From Candidatus Poriferihabitaceae bacterium (GTDB taxonomy: Bacteria > Pseudomonadota > Gammaproteobacteria > Arenicellales > Poriferihabitantaceae), in assembly GCA_965208975.1 (NCBI GenBank), contig CBDBQH010000001.1, positions 580,236-644,235 on the forward strand: a stretch of 64,000 nt of DNA, given 5' to 3'. Each line of letters starts with the position of its first letter. Position 1 is the first letter of the stretch. The notes beneath the pieces are model-generated. The model was not told the DNA's origin and made no database searches. It worked only from the letters and a program-made list of their open reading frames with translations. The position numbers were made by a program, and so were the translations under genes. Shown here piece after piece: positions 18,958-28,400 of this stretch.

Positions 18958-19044
18958 TGGGATAGTGGGGAAGTGGGGTAGTTGCCAAATCCTGTAATTA
19001 TTCGTAAAGTAAAATCGGAACCATACAAAAACAAGAGTTGAACC

Positions 19045-20979
19045 ATGTCTGAAGATAAAGTCTATGAGGTCAATCGTGATATTGCCGCCAAAGCCCATTT
19101 GACAAACGCGCAATATCTGGAGATGTATCAGAAATCCATCGACGACCCGGAGAATTTCTGGGCGGAACAGGCGGAAACTTTTGTCGACTGGTTCAGCCCC
19201 TGGGAGCGTGTGATGTCGGTGGATTATCACTCGGCAGACATTCAATGGTTCACCGGCGCGAAGCTCAACGCCTGTTATAACTGTGTGGACCGGCACTTGC
19301 CGACTCGTGGAGACCAGGTTGCCATCATCTGGGAAGGAGATGACCCAAGTGTTGATCTGTCAATTACTTATAATGAATTATTCGACCTGGTTTGCAGGTT
19401 TTCCAACGTCCTGAAATCCCGGGGTGTGCGCAAGGGAGATCGGGTATCCATCTATATGCCAATGATTCCGGAGGCCGCGGTGGCGATGCTGGCCTGCGCC
19501 AGAATCGGCGCCGTCCACTCGATTGTTTTCGGTGGCTTCTCGCCGGACGCGCTGCGCGACCGCATCCTGGATTCAGATTGCCGGGTGGTCATTACCGCGG
19601 ACGAAGGACCGCGTGGCGGGAAAAATGTACCGCTCAAGGAAAATGTTGAAAAGGCGCTGGAAGGCTGTCCGAATGTACACACGACGATTGTCGTTCGGCG
19701 AACCGGCCATCCGGTCACTGCCAGCCCAAAGAGGGATGTGTGGTATCACGAAGCCATGAATGACGCTTCCGGCGAGTGTCCGCCGGAGCGCATGGACGCG
19801 GAAGAGCCGCTATTCATCCTGTACACCTCGGGTTCTACCGGCAAACCGAAGGGAGTGTTACATACCACGGGTGGCTATCAGCTGTATGCCGCCATGACCC
19901 ACAAATATGTATTTGACTACCAGGACGGGGAGGTCTACTGGTGTACCGCCGATGTCGGTTGGGTAACCGGACACAGCTATATTGTTTATGGTCCCCTGGC
20001 CAATGGCGCCATCACGATGATGTTCGAGGGAGTGCCGGTTTATCCCGATGCCGGACGATTCTGGCAGATCGTCGACAAACACAAGGTCAATATTTTCTAT
20101 ACCGCGCCCACTGCCTTAAGAGCCCTGATGGCACAGGGAGATAGTTGGGTCAAGCGTTCGAGCCGCCGCAGCCTGCGGATATTGGGTACGGTCGGCGAGC
20201 CGATCAATCCCGAGGCATGGGAGTGGTATTATCACGTGGTCGGGGAAGGGCGGTGTCCGATTGCCGATACCTGGTGGCAAACGGAAACCGGGGGCATCTT
20301 GATCGCCCCATTGCCTGGCGCGACACGCCTGAAACCCGGTTCGGCTACCCGTCCCTTTTTCGGTATCCAGCCGGCCCTGATGGGTGCGGATGGCGCTGAG
20401 CTGGAAGGAGCCGCTTCCGGAGACCTGGTCATCAAGCAATCCTGGCCGGGGCAAATGCGCACGGTATACGGTGATCATCAGCGTTTCATCGACACTTATT
20501 TCAAAACCTGGCCCGGCAGCTATTTCACCGGAGACGGGGCGCGTCGCGATGAAGACGGCTATTGGTGGATTACCGGACGGGTGGACGATGTGATCAACGT
20601 ATCGGGGCATCGAATGGGGACTGCCGAAGTCGAGAGCGCCCTGGTACTGCATGAAGAAGTGGCTGAAGCCGCAGTCGTCGGATACCCCCATGATATCAAG
20701 GGGCAGGGTATCTATGCCTATGTGACCCTGATGGTGGGAACGGAGCCTTCGGATGAACTGCGGGCCGGGTTGTTGGCGCTGGTCAACAAAGAGATCGGGC
20801 CGATTGCAAAGCCCGATGTCATTCAATGGGCGCCCGGCCTGCCGAAAACACGGTCTGGCAAGATCATGCGCCGCATCCTGAGGAAAATCGCCGCCAGGGA
20901 ATTTGACGACCTGGGCGACACCAGCACCCTGGCCGATCCTGGGGTGGTGAATGACCTGATCGCAAACAGGGCAGGGTAA
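19045..20979 (+). CDS. acs: Acetyl-CoA synthetase
   Basis: 644 aa. [27 protein letters not shown], the [29 protein letters not shown] hinge, and [17 protein letters not shown]. Confidence 0.95.
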   Translation: MSEDKVYEVNRDIAAKAHLTNAQYLEMYQKSIDDPENFWAEQAETFVDWFSPWERVMSVDYHSADIQWFTGAKLNACYNCVDRHLPTRGDQVAIIWEGDDPSVDLSITYNELFDLVCRFSNVLKSRGVRKGDRVSIYMPMIPEAAVAMLACARIGAVHSIVFGGFSPDALRDRILDSDCRVVITADEGPRGGKNVPLKENVEKALEGCPNVHTTIVVRRTGHPVTASPKRDVWYHEAMNDASGECPPERMDAEEPLFILYTSGSTGKPKGVLHTTGGYQLYAAMTHKYVFDYQDGEVYWCTADVGWVTGHSYIVYGPLANGAITMMFEGVPVYPDAGRFWQIVDKHKVNIFYTAPTALRALMAQGDSWVKRSSRRSLRILGTVGEPINPEAWEWYYHVVGEGRCPIADTWWQTETGGILIAPLPGATRLKPGSATRPFFGIQPALMGADGAELEGAASGDLVIKQSWPGQMRTVYGDHQRFIDTYFKTWPGSYFTGDGARRDEDGYWWITGRVDDVINVSGHRMGTAEVESALVLHEEVAEAAVVGYPHDIKGQGIYAYVTLMVGTEPSDELRAGLLALVNKEIGPIAKPDVIQWAPGLPKTRSGKIMRRILRKIAAREFDDLGDTSTLADPGVVNDLIANRAG

Positions 20980-21066
20980 TCCGCTTTAATATCTCTGCTA
21001 TAATCACCGACATCCAACACCAATCCTTACATGAAAAAATGGGGAGCCCCCCAAATCCTGTAAGGC

Positions 21067-21095
21067 TTGTATAGAGCCGGTGAAATGTCTATAAT
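21067..21095 (+). promoter_or_regulatory. Candidate promoter TTGTAT-17 nt-TATAAT giving a leaderless or near-leaderless DUF1640 mRNA
   Basis: TTGTAT is at 21067-21072 and a perfect TATAAT at 21090-21095, with a 17-nt spacer. Only 6 nt (CAGCCC) separate the -10 from ATG 21102, and there is no Shine-Dalgarno sequence. Confidence 0.35.
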
Positions 21096-21101
21096 CAGCC
21101 C

Positions 21102-21668
21102 ATGCCCCAAGCCCAAGCCATCACATTTGATACTCACCGCTTTGTCAAGCATTTGACGGGAAGTGGATTCACAGAGAAACAGGCCGAGACCCTGGCCGAG
21201 GAACAGGTCGCCCTGCTCAACACCAATCTTGCGACCAAAGCCGATATCGAAGCCCTGCGACTTGCAACGAAATCCGATATCGAGACCCTGCGACAGGAAA
21301 CCAAAGCCGGTATTGAGTCTTTGCGCCAGGAAACCAAAGCCGATATCGAAGCGGTCAAGGCGGATATCGAAGCCCTGCGACTTGCAACGAAATCCGATAT
21401 CGAGACCCTGCGACAGGAAACCAAAGCCGGTATTGAGTCTTTGCGCCAGGAAACCAAAGCGGATATTGCGCGACTCGAAGCCGGTATCGAAACCCTGCGA
21501 TTGGAAACCCGGACGGATATTGAAGCGGTCAAAGCCGGTATCGAAGCCCTGCGATTGGAAACCCGGGCGGATATTGCGTCCCTCAAGACTGATTTGTTAA
21601 AATGGATGTTTGGAGCGCTGATTGCCCAGGGGGGATTTCTCATCGCTCTGGCCAGCTTCCTGGATTGA
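21102..21668 (+). CDS. DUF1640-like coiled-coil protein with a C-terminal membrane anchor and an expanded 11-residue repeat array
   Basis: The N-terminus ITFDTHRFVKHLTGSGFTEKQAETLAEE and the C-terminus DLLKWMFGALIAQGGFLIALASFL fit DUF1640. The centre is about 12 copies of an xDIExLRxETK hendecad. Confidence 0.75.
   Translation: MPQAQAITFDTHRFVKHLTGSGFTEKQAETLAEEQVALLNTNLATKADIEALRLATKSDIETLRQETKAGIESLRQETKADIEAVKADIEALRLATKSDIETLRQETKAGIESLRQETKADIARLEAGIETLRLETRTDIEAVKAGIEALRLETRADIASLKTDLLKWMFGALIAQGGFLIALASFLD
21241..21480 (+). repeat. Tandem 120-bp duplication inside the DUF1640 gene
   Basis: 21243-21340 is identical to 21363-21460 (98 bp, read directly from the sequence). The copies diverge only at the unit ends. 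Confidence 0.9.
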
Positions 21669-21699
21669 CGGGTAAATACATCAAAATCACTCAATCGGG

Positions 21700-21896
21700 C
21701 AAATCACTCCCCCCTTGAGGGGGAGTCCAATCCGCTACACGGATTGGGTGGGGGGTATTCCCGCAAAGGGGGAATCCAACAGAAACAACACGAACCTGAT
21801 CACGAATATGATAAAAGCAAATCAGATATGCCCACCTACGATTCGTAGAGCCTGCCCCCGGCTTGATCGGGGGGGCGGGTCACTGTGCCCGCCCGC
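21700..21896. repeat. Cluster of REP-type palindromic elements
   Basis: Hairpins ACTCCCCC-cttga-GGGGGAGT, CCAATCCG-ctaca-CGGATTGG, ATTCCCgcaaaggGGGAAT, and GGGCGGGtcactgtgCCCGCCC. The same modules recur at 22290-22510 and, inverted, at 28401-28980. Confidence 0.7.
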
Positions 21897-21933
21897 TCAG
21901 ATGCCGGATCATGCACAAAAGTTAAATTTCTGC

Positions 21934-21965
21934 TTGACAGCTGAATGGCAAGATGCTGCTACAAT
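21934..21965 (+). promoter_or_regulatory. Promoter-like element TTGACA ... TGcTACAAT (extended -10) abutting the CCAAG tract
   Basis: TTGACA is at 21934-21939 and TGC-TACAAT at 21957-21965. The spacer is 20 nt, which is too long for a canonical promoter, so the call rests mainly on the extended -10. The CCAAG tract begins 6 nt downstream. Confidence 0.3.
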
Positions 21966-21970
21966 GATTG

Positions 21971-22163
21971 CCAAGCCAAGCCAAGCCAAGCCAAGCCAAG
22001 CCAAGCCAAGCCAAGCCAAGCCAAGCCAAGCCAAGCCAAGCCAAGCCAAGCCAAGCCAAGCCAAGCCAAGCCAAGCCAAGCCAAGCCAAGCCAAGCCAAG
22101 CCAAGCCAAGCCAAGCCAAGCCAAGCCAAGCCAAGCCAAGCCAAGCCAAGCCAAGCCAAGCCA
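21971..22163 (+). repeat. Perfect pentanucleotide microsatellite (CCAAG)38
   Basis: Counted directly: 190 nt of uninterrupted CCAAG units (21971-22160) plus a partial CCA. Confidence 0.98.
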
Positions 22164-22199
22164 GCCCGGTCCGGGCTTCGGGCATGATGGCTTCCGCAT

Positions 22200-22510
22200 G
22201 GCGGCTCCGTTCCCGCCCGGCAAATCCCCGACTATCTGATTCTTCCCGCCCGGCAACTTCTGGTCCGCCTGATTCTCCATCCGTCATTCCCGCGAAGGCG
22301 GGAATCCACAACCCTGCGGGACGGCACAGAGACCGTCCCCTACGATCCAGCCATATCATTCCCCCCTTGAGGGGGAATCACATCGCGCGAAGCGGGTGTG
22401 ATGGGGGGACATTCCCGCCAAAGGCGGGAATCCACAACCGGCGACCGACTGATTCTCCCGACCTGCCGCCGTCAACCGGCGTCATCAGATGGATTCCCGC
22501 TTTCGCGGGA
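22200..22510. repeat. REP mosaic between the microsatellite and the adhesin start
   Basis: TTCCCGCCCGGCAA x2, ATTCCCgcgaaggcGGGAAT (22287-22306), GGGACGGcacagagaCCGTCCCCTACG, the CCCCCCTTGAGGGGG / TCACATCGCGCGAAGCGGGTGTGA module (22361-22408), ATTCCCgccaaaggcGGGAAT, and ATTCCCgctttcgcGGGAAT (22493-22512). Confidence 0.7.
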
Positions 22511-25500
22511 ATGACGAGGTTTTGGGTCCGTTTCGCGGGCACCCGGTTTCTTCTTCCCCACCTCCTCTCCACCCTGCTCCTGCTGCCGCTCCTGGCCGGC
22601 TTCACCGCCGAAGCCTCTGCCCAGATCACTGCCTTTCCTCAAAAGGTCACCGGCGCCGTGACCGAAGGCGAGGATGCACAGTTTACAATACATATCTCCG
22701 ATCCGGCTCCGACCGGGGGGCTGGTAGTCAACCTGAGTGTGACTGAATTACTGGCTGACCACGTCGCGTCGACAGAGGAAGGATCCAAGATGATCACCAT
22801 CCCGGAAGGTGAAACCAGCGCCATCTACACCGTCCCCACAGTGAACGACGAGATCGATGAGAGTCCCAGCAACGTCCGGCTTCAAGTAGTGAACGGTTCG
22901 GGCTATACCCCGTCGTCCGGTATCCCCGCTGATGACATCATCGTCGCCGACAACGACCCCGCCACCCTGTCAATCTCCGCCCCCGCCGATGCCGTCGAGG
23001 GCAACAGTTCGTATACCGACCGCAACTTCACGGTCACCCTGTCCGAAACCCGCAGCGCATCTGTCGGCTTCCAGGTCTGTTTTAACGATGGCGCCAACGG
23101 CACCGCCACGCGGGGTTCCAGCGGAGACTACCGATTGGTGATCGGCGGCAACGCGGACAATAGCACGTGCCGGGCCACTTCTCTTTCCTCCGGACAAACC
23201 AGCGAAAACATCACCATCCGCGTAGTGGGCGACACCGACATCGAAGCCGATGAAACCGTCATCGCCACCCTGGAACTGGTCGGCAGCCCGACGGGTGTGG
23301 TCCTCGGCACAGCCACCGCCACCCACACCATCGAAACCGATGACACCCACGAAGTCACTATAGATGTCACCAACAGTTCAAACAACAAGATTTCGGGCGC
23401 AACCGAAGGGGACAGCGGTCATAATGACTATACCGTCAACCTGCGCATAGATCCCGTATACACTTCCCAATCCATACAGGTTAAATTCTGTCTGGGGGGT
23501 ACGGCCGTCCGCGCCACCGATTATGACTTGTTGACCCCGTCCGGGACGGCCATCATCCATGGCTTCGACGCCCAGAACTGCCTGGTTTCACCCGCTCAGC
23601 TCACGATGAACAGCGCCCTCGCCGAGTACACGCTGCGCGTCCAGGGCGATGTGACCATTGAACCGAACGAGACCATCACCTTTCAGGCCTCCGCCCAGTC
23701 CGGCGTCACCCCGGGAGACGTGTCCTTTGGACCCGCCCACACCTTCACCATCCTGACCAATGACACCGTCCCGCTGAGCCTGACTTCAGTGGGCGCGAAC
23801 CCCTTTGTAGAAGAAACAGGCAATCTGGCCAGCCGCGCCGAGGTCCGTCTGGGGACGGCGCGCAACAGTGATACCCACTACCGCATCTGCTTTGTCTCCT
23901 CCCTGGCGCCAACAGCTTCGGTGCCGAGCTATGACTGGACCCAGAATACCAATAATGTTCTGGACGCAACGCGCTGTCACGATGGCGTCATCGCCAGTGG
24001 GCAGACCTCCCACTCAGTCAACAATGCTTACATTCGCACCAACAACAAGGGATCAGGCCGAGACAGTTCAATTTTCAATGCCGACAATCCCGATGAGACC
24101 ATTACCATCACCCTGTCGCAAGACCCCGACAATCCGCTGCCTTCCGATGTATCCCTGTCCAGTACCGGCAATCCCATCCGCATGGTCAGCCAGGACGATG
24201 ATCTGACCCGGGTACGACTCGACCGCCAGGGTTCCGGCAATCTGACCGAAGGCGGTTCCGCCAAAGCCGAGTTCAGGCTGACCCTGGACAACCGGCTCGA
24301 CCACCGGGCGCTGGTAGCCGGTGAACGGGTCGATGTGCCACTGGTCATCTCCGGTACGGATATTACCGCCGGCGACTACACCTTAACGACCAAGAGTGGG
24401 ACCGATCTGAATACCGGCGTATCGATCACCGGCGCCAATACCCTGACCCCGGTCGTGATATTACAAGGCGCTGGCGCCCGGATAGCCACGCTGGAACTGA
24501 CGCCGACCGATGATACAGACATCGAAAGTACCGAAACCCTGCGCGTGGAACTGGGACCGGACGGTACGGGCGCCAATGGCTTCGGTCATTCGAGCCGCGG
24601 CACCACGGTGCGCGGCGGCGCGGCGCGCAGCGACCGCACACTCACCCATCACTTTGAGGTAGATATTGCTGATAATGACCAGGCATCGGTGATTACCATT
24701 GCCCGCGCTTCCGCCGCCTCGCTGACCGAGGGCAACCAGGCCAGCTTCACGCTCAGCGCCGACCCGCCCCCGGCTTCCTCCCTGACCGTCCGTCTGAACA
24801 TTACGGACGCCGGCAACGCCGACTTTCTGGCTTCAACGGTTCAGGGCGCCCGTACCGTATCCATTCCGACTTCCGGTTCCACTCCTTATCCACTCTCGAC
24901 GGTGGCTGACGCCATTGATGAACCCGGCGGCCCGGTCACGATCACGATTGCCGCGGACACCGCCAATCCGGCCAGATACACCATCAGCGATCCCGCTCCT
25001 TTCGCACAAGTCACCGTCCATGACAACGACGCCACTACGGTCACCCTGACCACGCCGGATACCGACGCGACCGAAGGCAGCAGTACCGCCACGGCGCAGA
25101 TCGTCCTGACCCTGGGACGCGCCTTGCGCGCCGGAGAGATTCTGGCGATTCCGTTACAGTTCAGTGGCGGCGTATTGAACACCGATTTCGGTCTGTATCT
25201 TCCGACTTCAAACGCCATCTCCCTGACCGGCCATACCGTCACCTTCACCGGCAGCGCCGGCGGTTCAGCGACCGTAGCCACTCTCTCTGTACTTGCCACA
25301 GAAGACGCGGACGCAGACCCTGATTCCATCACCGTCTCCATCCCCGCCACATCGACCGGCAATGCCGCGAAACTGACCGCCACCGGAATGGGGGTCAATA
25401 CCAACACCGCTCCCGCCGCCACCGGCTCGGTCACCGCCAACCACGGCACAATCACCGTCACCGACAACGACACCCGCGGACTGACCCTCACCTCCCCGGC

Positions 25501-28396
25501 CGTCACCGAAGGCGGCAGTGGCACGTATACCGTCGTCCTGGATACCCAACCCGGCGCATCGGTCACCGTCACCATTACCGCCAACAGTACCGAAGTCACC
25601 ATCGACGGCACAGACGCCGATACGACCTTTACCAATAGCGAAGACCTGATCTTCACCACTACCAACTGGAATCAGCCACAGACCGTCACCATCCGCGCGG
25701 CCGAAGATGACGATACCGAGGATGACCGCGTCACCCTGACGCATGCTGTATCCGGTGGAGGATACGGTGCAACAGAAAATGAAACCCCGGAAATCACCAT
25801 TACCGACAACGACAGTCCGGGACTGGTCCTGCCGGCGACGCTAACCGTGAATGAAGGCGCCACCGGCAACTACACCGTTCGCCTGTCTACCCAACCCGGT
25901 GGCGCGGTGACCGTGACCATTGGCGGTCACGCCAGTACCGACCTGACCATTGACACCGATTCCGGTACGAACGGGAATCAGGATACCCTGACCTTCCGCC
26001 CGACCGGAGCGAATCTGTGGAGTACCGAACAGACCGTCACCGTCACCGCGGCCTCCGATAACGACCGCGCCAATGACGCCGTGACCCTGGCGCATACCGC
26101 CATCGGCGGAGGATACAATATCACCGGCAATGTCGCGGTCACCATCACCGACACCACCCCGGCTCCGCCTCCCCCTCCGCCTCCGCCATCCACCGAACCG
26201 GGGACTTTGCCGGAACCTACCCCGACTACACCGGGAGAAACCCCCACAGAGCCGCAACCACCCGAACCGCAACCCGTGATTCCGCTTCTTTCCATTCAGG
26301 CGCAATCCGGCGCCCTGACCGAAGGCTCCGTAGCGACTTTCACGATCACCGCCGAACCGGCGCCGGTTGAACCGATTACCGTTCCACTCACCATTGCCGC
26401 ACAGGGCGACTTCACCACCCCGGAGTCCATCGGAGCGAAGCCCCGCATCATTGACCGCGCCATCACTTCCCTGATGATTCCCACCCTCCAGGACTTCATC
26501 GACGAAGCAGATGGCTCGGTCACCATCACCCTGCAAGCGGCGGACGGCTATAGCCTGTCCCCGAACCCTTTGGCGACGATAGAGATTCACGACGATGATA
26601 CCGCCGGCATTGCATTGTCCACCCAGGGACTACGCATTGACCAGATCGGAGAAACCGGACAATATACCGTGCAACTGACCAGCGAGCCGCAGGCTCCGGT
26701 GCAGGTGACGGTTCTCCCCTCCACTAATGGCTCTTCCTCAACGCCTGGCGCTTCCCCGACTCTCGCCAGCGCCTCTGTCTCCAGCGCTTCTGTCGCGCAG
26801 GCCGCCACGATGGACGTGGTGAGCGCCACGCCCTCTACGCTGACCTTTGTGCCGGACCACTGGAATATCCCGCAAACCGTCACCCTGACCGCGCAGCGGG
26901 AAGGCCGCATGAGCCTGAGGCACCGCGTCACATCACAAGACCCGAACTATCATACGCTCCCGGCCATGGAAGCCACCGCCGGACCACTGGCGGTTCTCGT
27001 CGGCGAAGACCTGACCGCCGTAGCCTTGCCCTGGCAGACACGATTCGCTCGCACTTCAGCCGGACACGTATTAGACAGCATCTCCCAACGCATTCAATCC
27101 ACTCCCACCCCCGGACTGTCCGCCCGACTGGCTGGCTATCGCATGGATACCACCCCGCAAGAAATGCAATCCTGGACACAGCCCCCCAACTCCATCGCCA
27201 GACCGCACAGCCGCGCCATCACCATGTCTGAACTACTGTCTGATTCGTCGATGTCGTGGAGCGCAACAACCGATGGTTCCATCGCTTCCCTTTGGGCGCA
27301 GGGCGCCTTCTCGGAGTTTAATGGCCAGAGTGGAGAAACCACCCTGGATGGAGAAGTCCTCACCACCCTGATTGGAGTCGATCAAACCCATACCCACGGA
27401 CAACGCGGACTGGTTCTGTCGTATAGTCAGGCAGAAGGACAATACCAGACGAAAAACAAAGGAGAGATTGAATCAGAACAGACCCTGTTGACTCCGTGGA
27501 TGTCCCGGCAAGTGAATGACCGCATGACGCTGTGGGGCGCGTTGGGTTATGGTACGGGAGACCTCACCCTCATCAGAAGCGAAAGGCAAGACCTCACTAC
27601 GGATACCCATACCGCCTTTGTGGCCCTGGGCAGTGACGCCATCCTCCGGGAAGAAACCCATCGTACCTTATCGATCGTCACCGATGCGCTGTGGTTGAGA
27701 ACCCGTACCGAGGCGGTCACAGACGGACTGGAACTGAACCATGCCACGGCGCATGCTTCAAGGATGCGGGTGGGAATCAAAGGCAGTGGGCGTATCCCCG
27801 CAATCCCCGGAATCCCCCGATTCACTGCGGCACAGGCGCTGAAGATGAATTGGGAATCCGCATTGCGTCATGATGGCGGAGACGCTGAAAGTGGATTCGG
27901 CGTGGAAGTCGGGGGCGGAGTCCAATGGACCGATTCCCGGCGCGGACTGAACCTTCAAATCAATGGCCGAAGTCTGATTACCCATCATGATTCAGATATA
28001 AAGGATCGGGGACTTTCCCTGTCCATGGGATTTAATCCGTCTCCGGCTGAGCAAGGATTTACCTTCACCCTGAAACAGGATTGGGGTACGGTGTCTTCGG
28101 GCCGGGAGCGATTATTGACCGCGGAATCCCTGGAACCGGCGCAATCGAATACCGCCACCGCGCAACGGTTGTCCGCAGAAGCGGGGTATGGTTTTACCAT
28201 CGGCGATGGACGCTATATCGCCCGTCCACATCTGGGGGTGGGTCTGTACGCCAAAGAGCGAGAAACCACACTCGGCTGGCGGCTGCAATCCACTATCGGC
28301 AGAAGTGAGCGGACATTGGGGTTGAAACTCATCCGGCATGAGAATGACAACCAATCCGAACACCGCATGAAGGTGGAAGCGGGGGTGCGGTGGTAA
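22511..28396 (+). CDS. Giant autotransporter adhesin: signal peptide, many Calx-beta-like repeats, poly-Pro linker, C-terminal beta-barrel
   Basis: ATG 22511 gives MTRFWVRFAGTRFLLPHLLSTLLLLPLLAGFTAEASA-Q, a clear signal peptide. Repeated modules are bounded by (I/V)xDND/DDD and carry an EG...F(T/S)(V/L)xLS pattern. The linker PAPPPPPPPPSTEPGTLPEPTPTTPGETPTEPQPPEPQP lies at about 26150-26280. The C-terminal ~450 aa have alternating beta-strand character and end in ...VEAGVRW, the aromatic terminus typical of autotransporter barrels. The ORF-track start 21968 is rejected. Confidence 0.85.
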   Translation: MTRFWVRFAGTRFLLPHLLSTLLLLPLLAGFTAEASAQITAFPQKVTGAVTEGEDAQFTIHISDPAPTGGLVVNLSVTELLADHVASTEEGSKMITIPEGETSAIYTVPTVNDEIDESPSNVRLQVVNGSGYTPSSGIPADDIIVADNDPATLSISAPADAVEGNSSYTDRNFTVTLSETRSASVGFQVCFNDGANGTATRGSSGDYRLVIGGNADNSTCRATSLSSGQTSENITIRVVGDTDIEADETVIATLELVGSPTGVVLGTATATHTIETDDTHEVTIDVTNSSNNKISGATEGDSGHNDYTVNLRIDPVYTSQSIQVKFCLGGTAVRATDYDLLTPSGTAIIHGFDAQNCLVSPAQLTMNSALAEYTLRVQGDVTIEPNETITFQASAQSGVTPGDVSFGPAHTFTILTNDTVPLSLTSVGANPFVEETGNLASRAEVRLGTARNSDTHYRICFVSSLAPTASVPSYDWTQNTNNVLDATRCHDGVIASGQTSHSVNNAYIRTNNKGSGRDSSIFNADNPDETITITLSQDPDNPLPSDVSLSSTGNPIRMVSQDDDLTRVRLDRQGSGNLTEGGSAKAEFRLTLDNRLDHRALVAGERVDVPLVISGTDITAGDYTLTTKSGTDLNTGVSITGANTLTPVVILQGAGARIATLELTPTDDTDIESTETLRVELGPDGTGANGFGHSSRGTTVRGGAARSDRTLTHHFEVDIADNDQASVITIARASAASLTEGNQASFTLSADPPPASSLTVRLNITDAGNADFLASTVQGARTVSIPTSGSTPYPLSTVADAIDEPGGPVTITIAADTANPARYTISDPAPFAQVTVHDNDATTVTLTTPDTDATEGSSTATAQIVLTLGRALRAGEILAIPLQFSGGVLNTDFGLYLPTSNAISLTGHTVTFTGSAGGSATVATLSVLATEDADADPDSITVSIPATSTGNAAKLTATGMGVNTNTAPAATGSVTANHGTITVTDNDTRGLTLTSPAVTEGGSGTYTVVLDTQPGASVTVTITANSTEVTIDGTDADTTFTNSEDLIFTTTNWNQPQTVTIRAAEDDDTEDDRVTLTHAVSGGGYGATENETPEITITDNDSPGLVLPATLTVNEGATGNYTVRLSTQPGGAVTVTIGGHASTDLTIDTDSGTNGNQDTLTFRPTGANLWSTEQTVTVTAASDNDRANDAVTLAHTAIGGGYNITGNVAVTITDTTPAPPPPPPPPSTEPGTLPEPTPTTPGETPTEPQPPEPQPVIPLLSIQAQSGALTEGSVATFTITAEPAPVEPITVPLTIAAQGDFTTPESIGAKPRIIDRAITSLMIPTLQDFIDEADGSVTITLQAADGYSLSPNPLATIEIHDDDTAGIALSTQGLRIDQIGETGQYTVQLTSEPQAPVQVTVLPSTNGSSSTPGASPTLASASVSSASVAQAATMDVVSATPSTLTFVPDHWNIPQTVTLTAQREGRMSLRHRVTSQDPNYHTLPAMEATAGPLAVLVGEDLTAVALPWQTRFARTSAGHVLDSISQRIQSTPTPGLSARLAGYRMDTTPQEMQSWTQPPNSIARPHSRAITMSELLSDSSMSWSATTDGSIASLWAQGAFSEFNGQSGETTLDGEVLTTLIGVDQTHTHGQRGLVLSYSQAEGQYQTKNKGEIESEQTLLTPWMSRQVNDRMTLWGALGYGTGDLTLIRSERQDLTTDTHTAFVALGSDAILREETHRTLSIVTDALWLRTRTEAVTDGLELNHATAHASRMRVGIKGSGRIPAIPGIPRFTAAQALKMNWESALRHDGGDAESGFGVEVGGGVQWTDSRRGLNLQINGRSLITHHDSDIKDRGLSLSMGFNPSPAEQGFTFTLKQDWGTVSSGRERLLTAESLEPAQSNTATAQRLSAEAGYGFTIGDGRYIARPHLGVGLYAKERETTLGWRLQSTIGRSERTLGLKLIRHENDNQSEHRMKVEAGVRW

Positions 28397-28400
28397 GGGG

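Noticed and set aside
21134-21694. A 186-aa ORF antisense to the DUF1640 gene, and the 145-aa alternative-frame ORF 21163-21600.
   Set aside because: They stay open only because of the internal repeat. The sense frame has recognisable DUF1640 termini and a TM anchor.
21909-22359. Minus-strand ORFs encoding (AWLGL)n, and the plus-strand ORFs 21715-22239 and 21945-22187.
   Set aside because: These are translations of the CCAAG tract and REP elements with no independent coding signal.
21968-22510. ORF-track extension of the adhesin, with a TTG start and a (PSQAK)38 N-terminus followed by REP-encoded sequence.
   Set aside because: The extension is made of microsatellite and REP palindromes (IPAKAGIH/IPAFAGMT-type artefact peptides). 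It would bury a clear signal peptide that begins at ATG 22511. The open frame is noted in the findings, but coding is unlikely.
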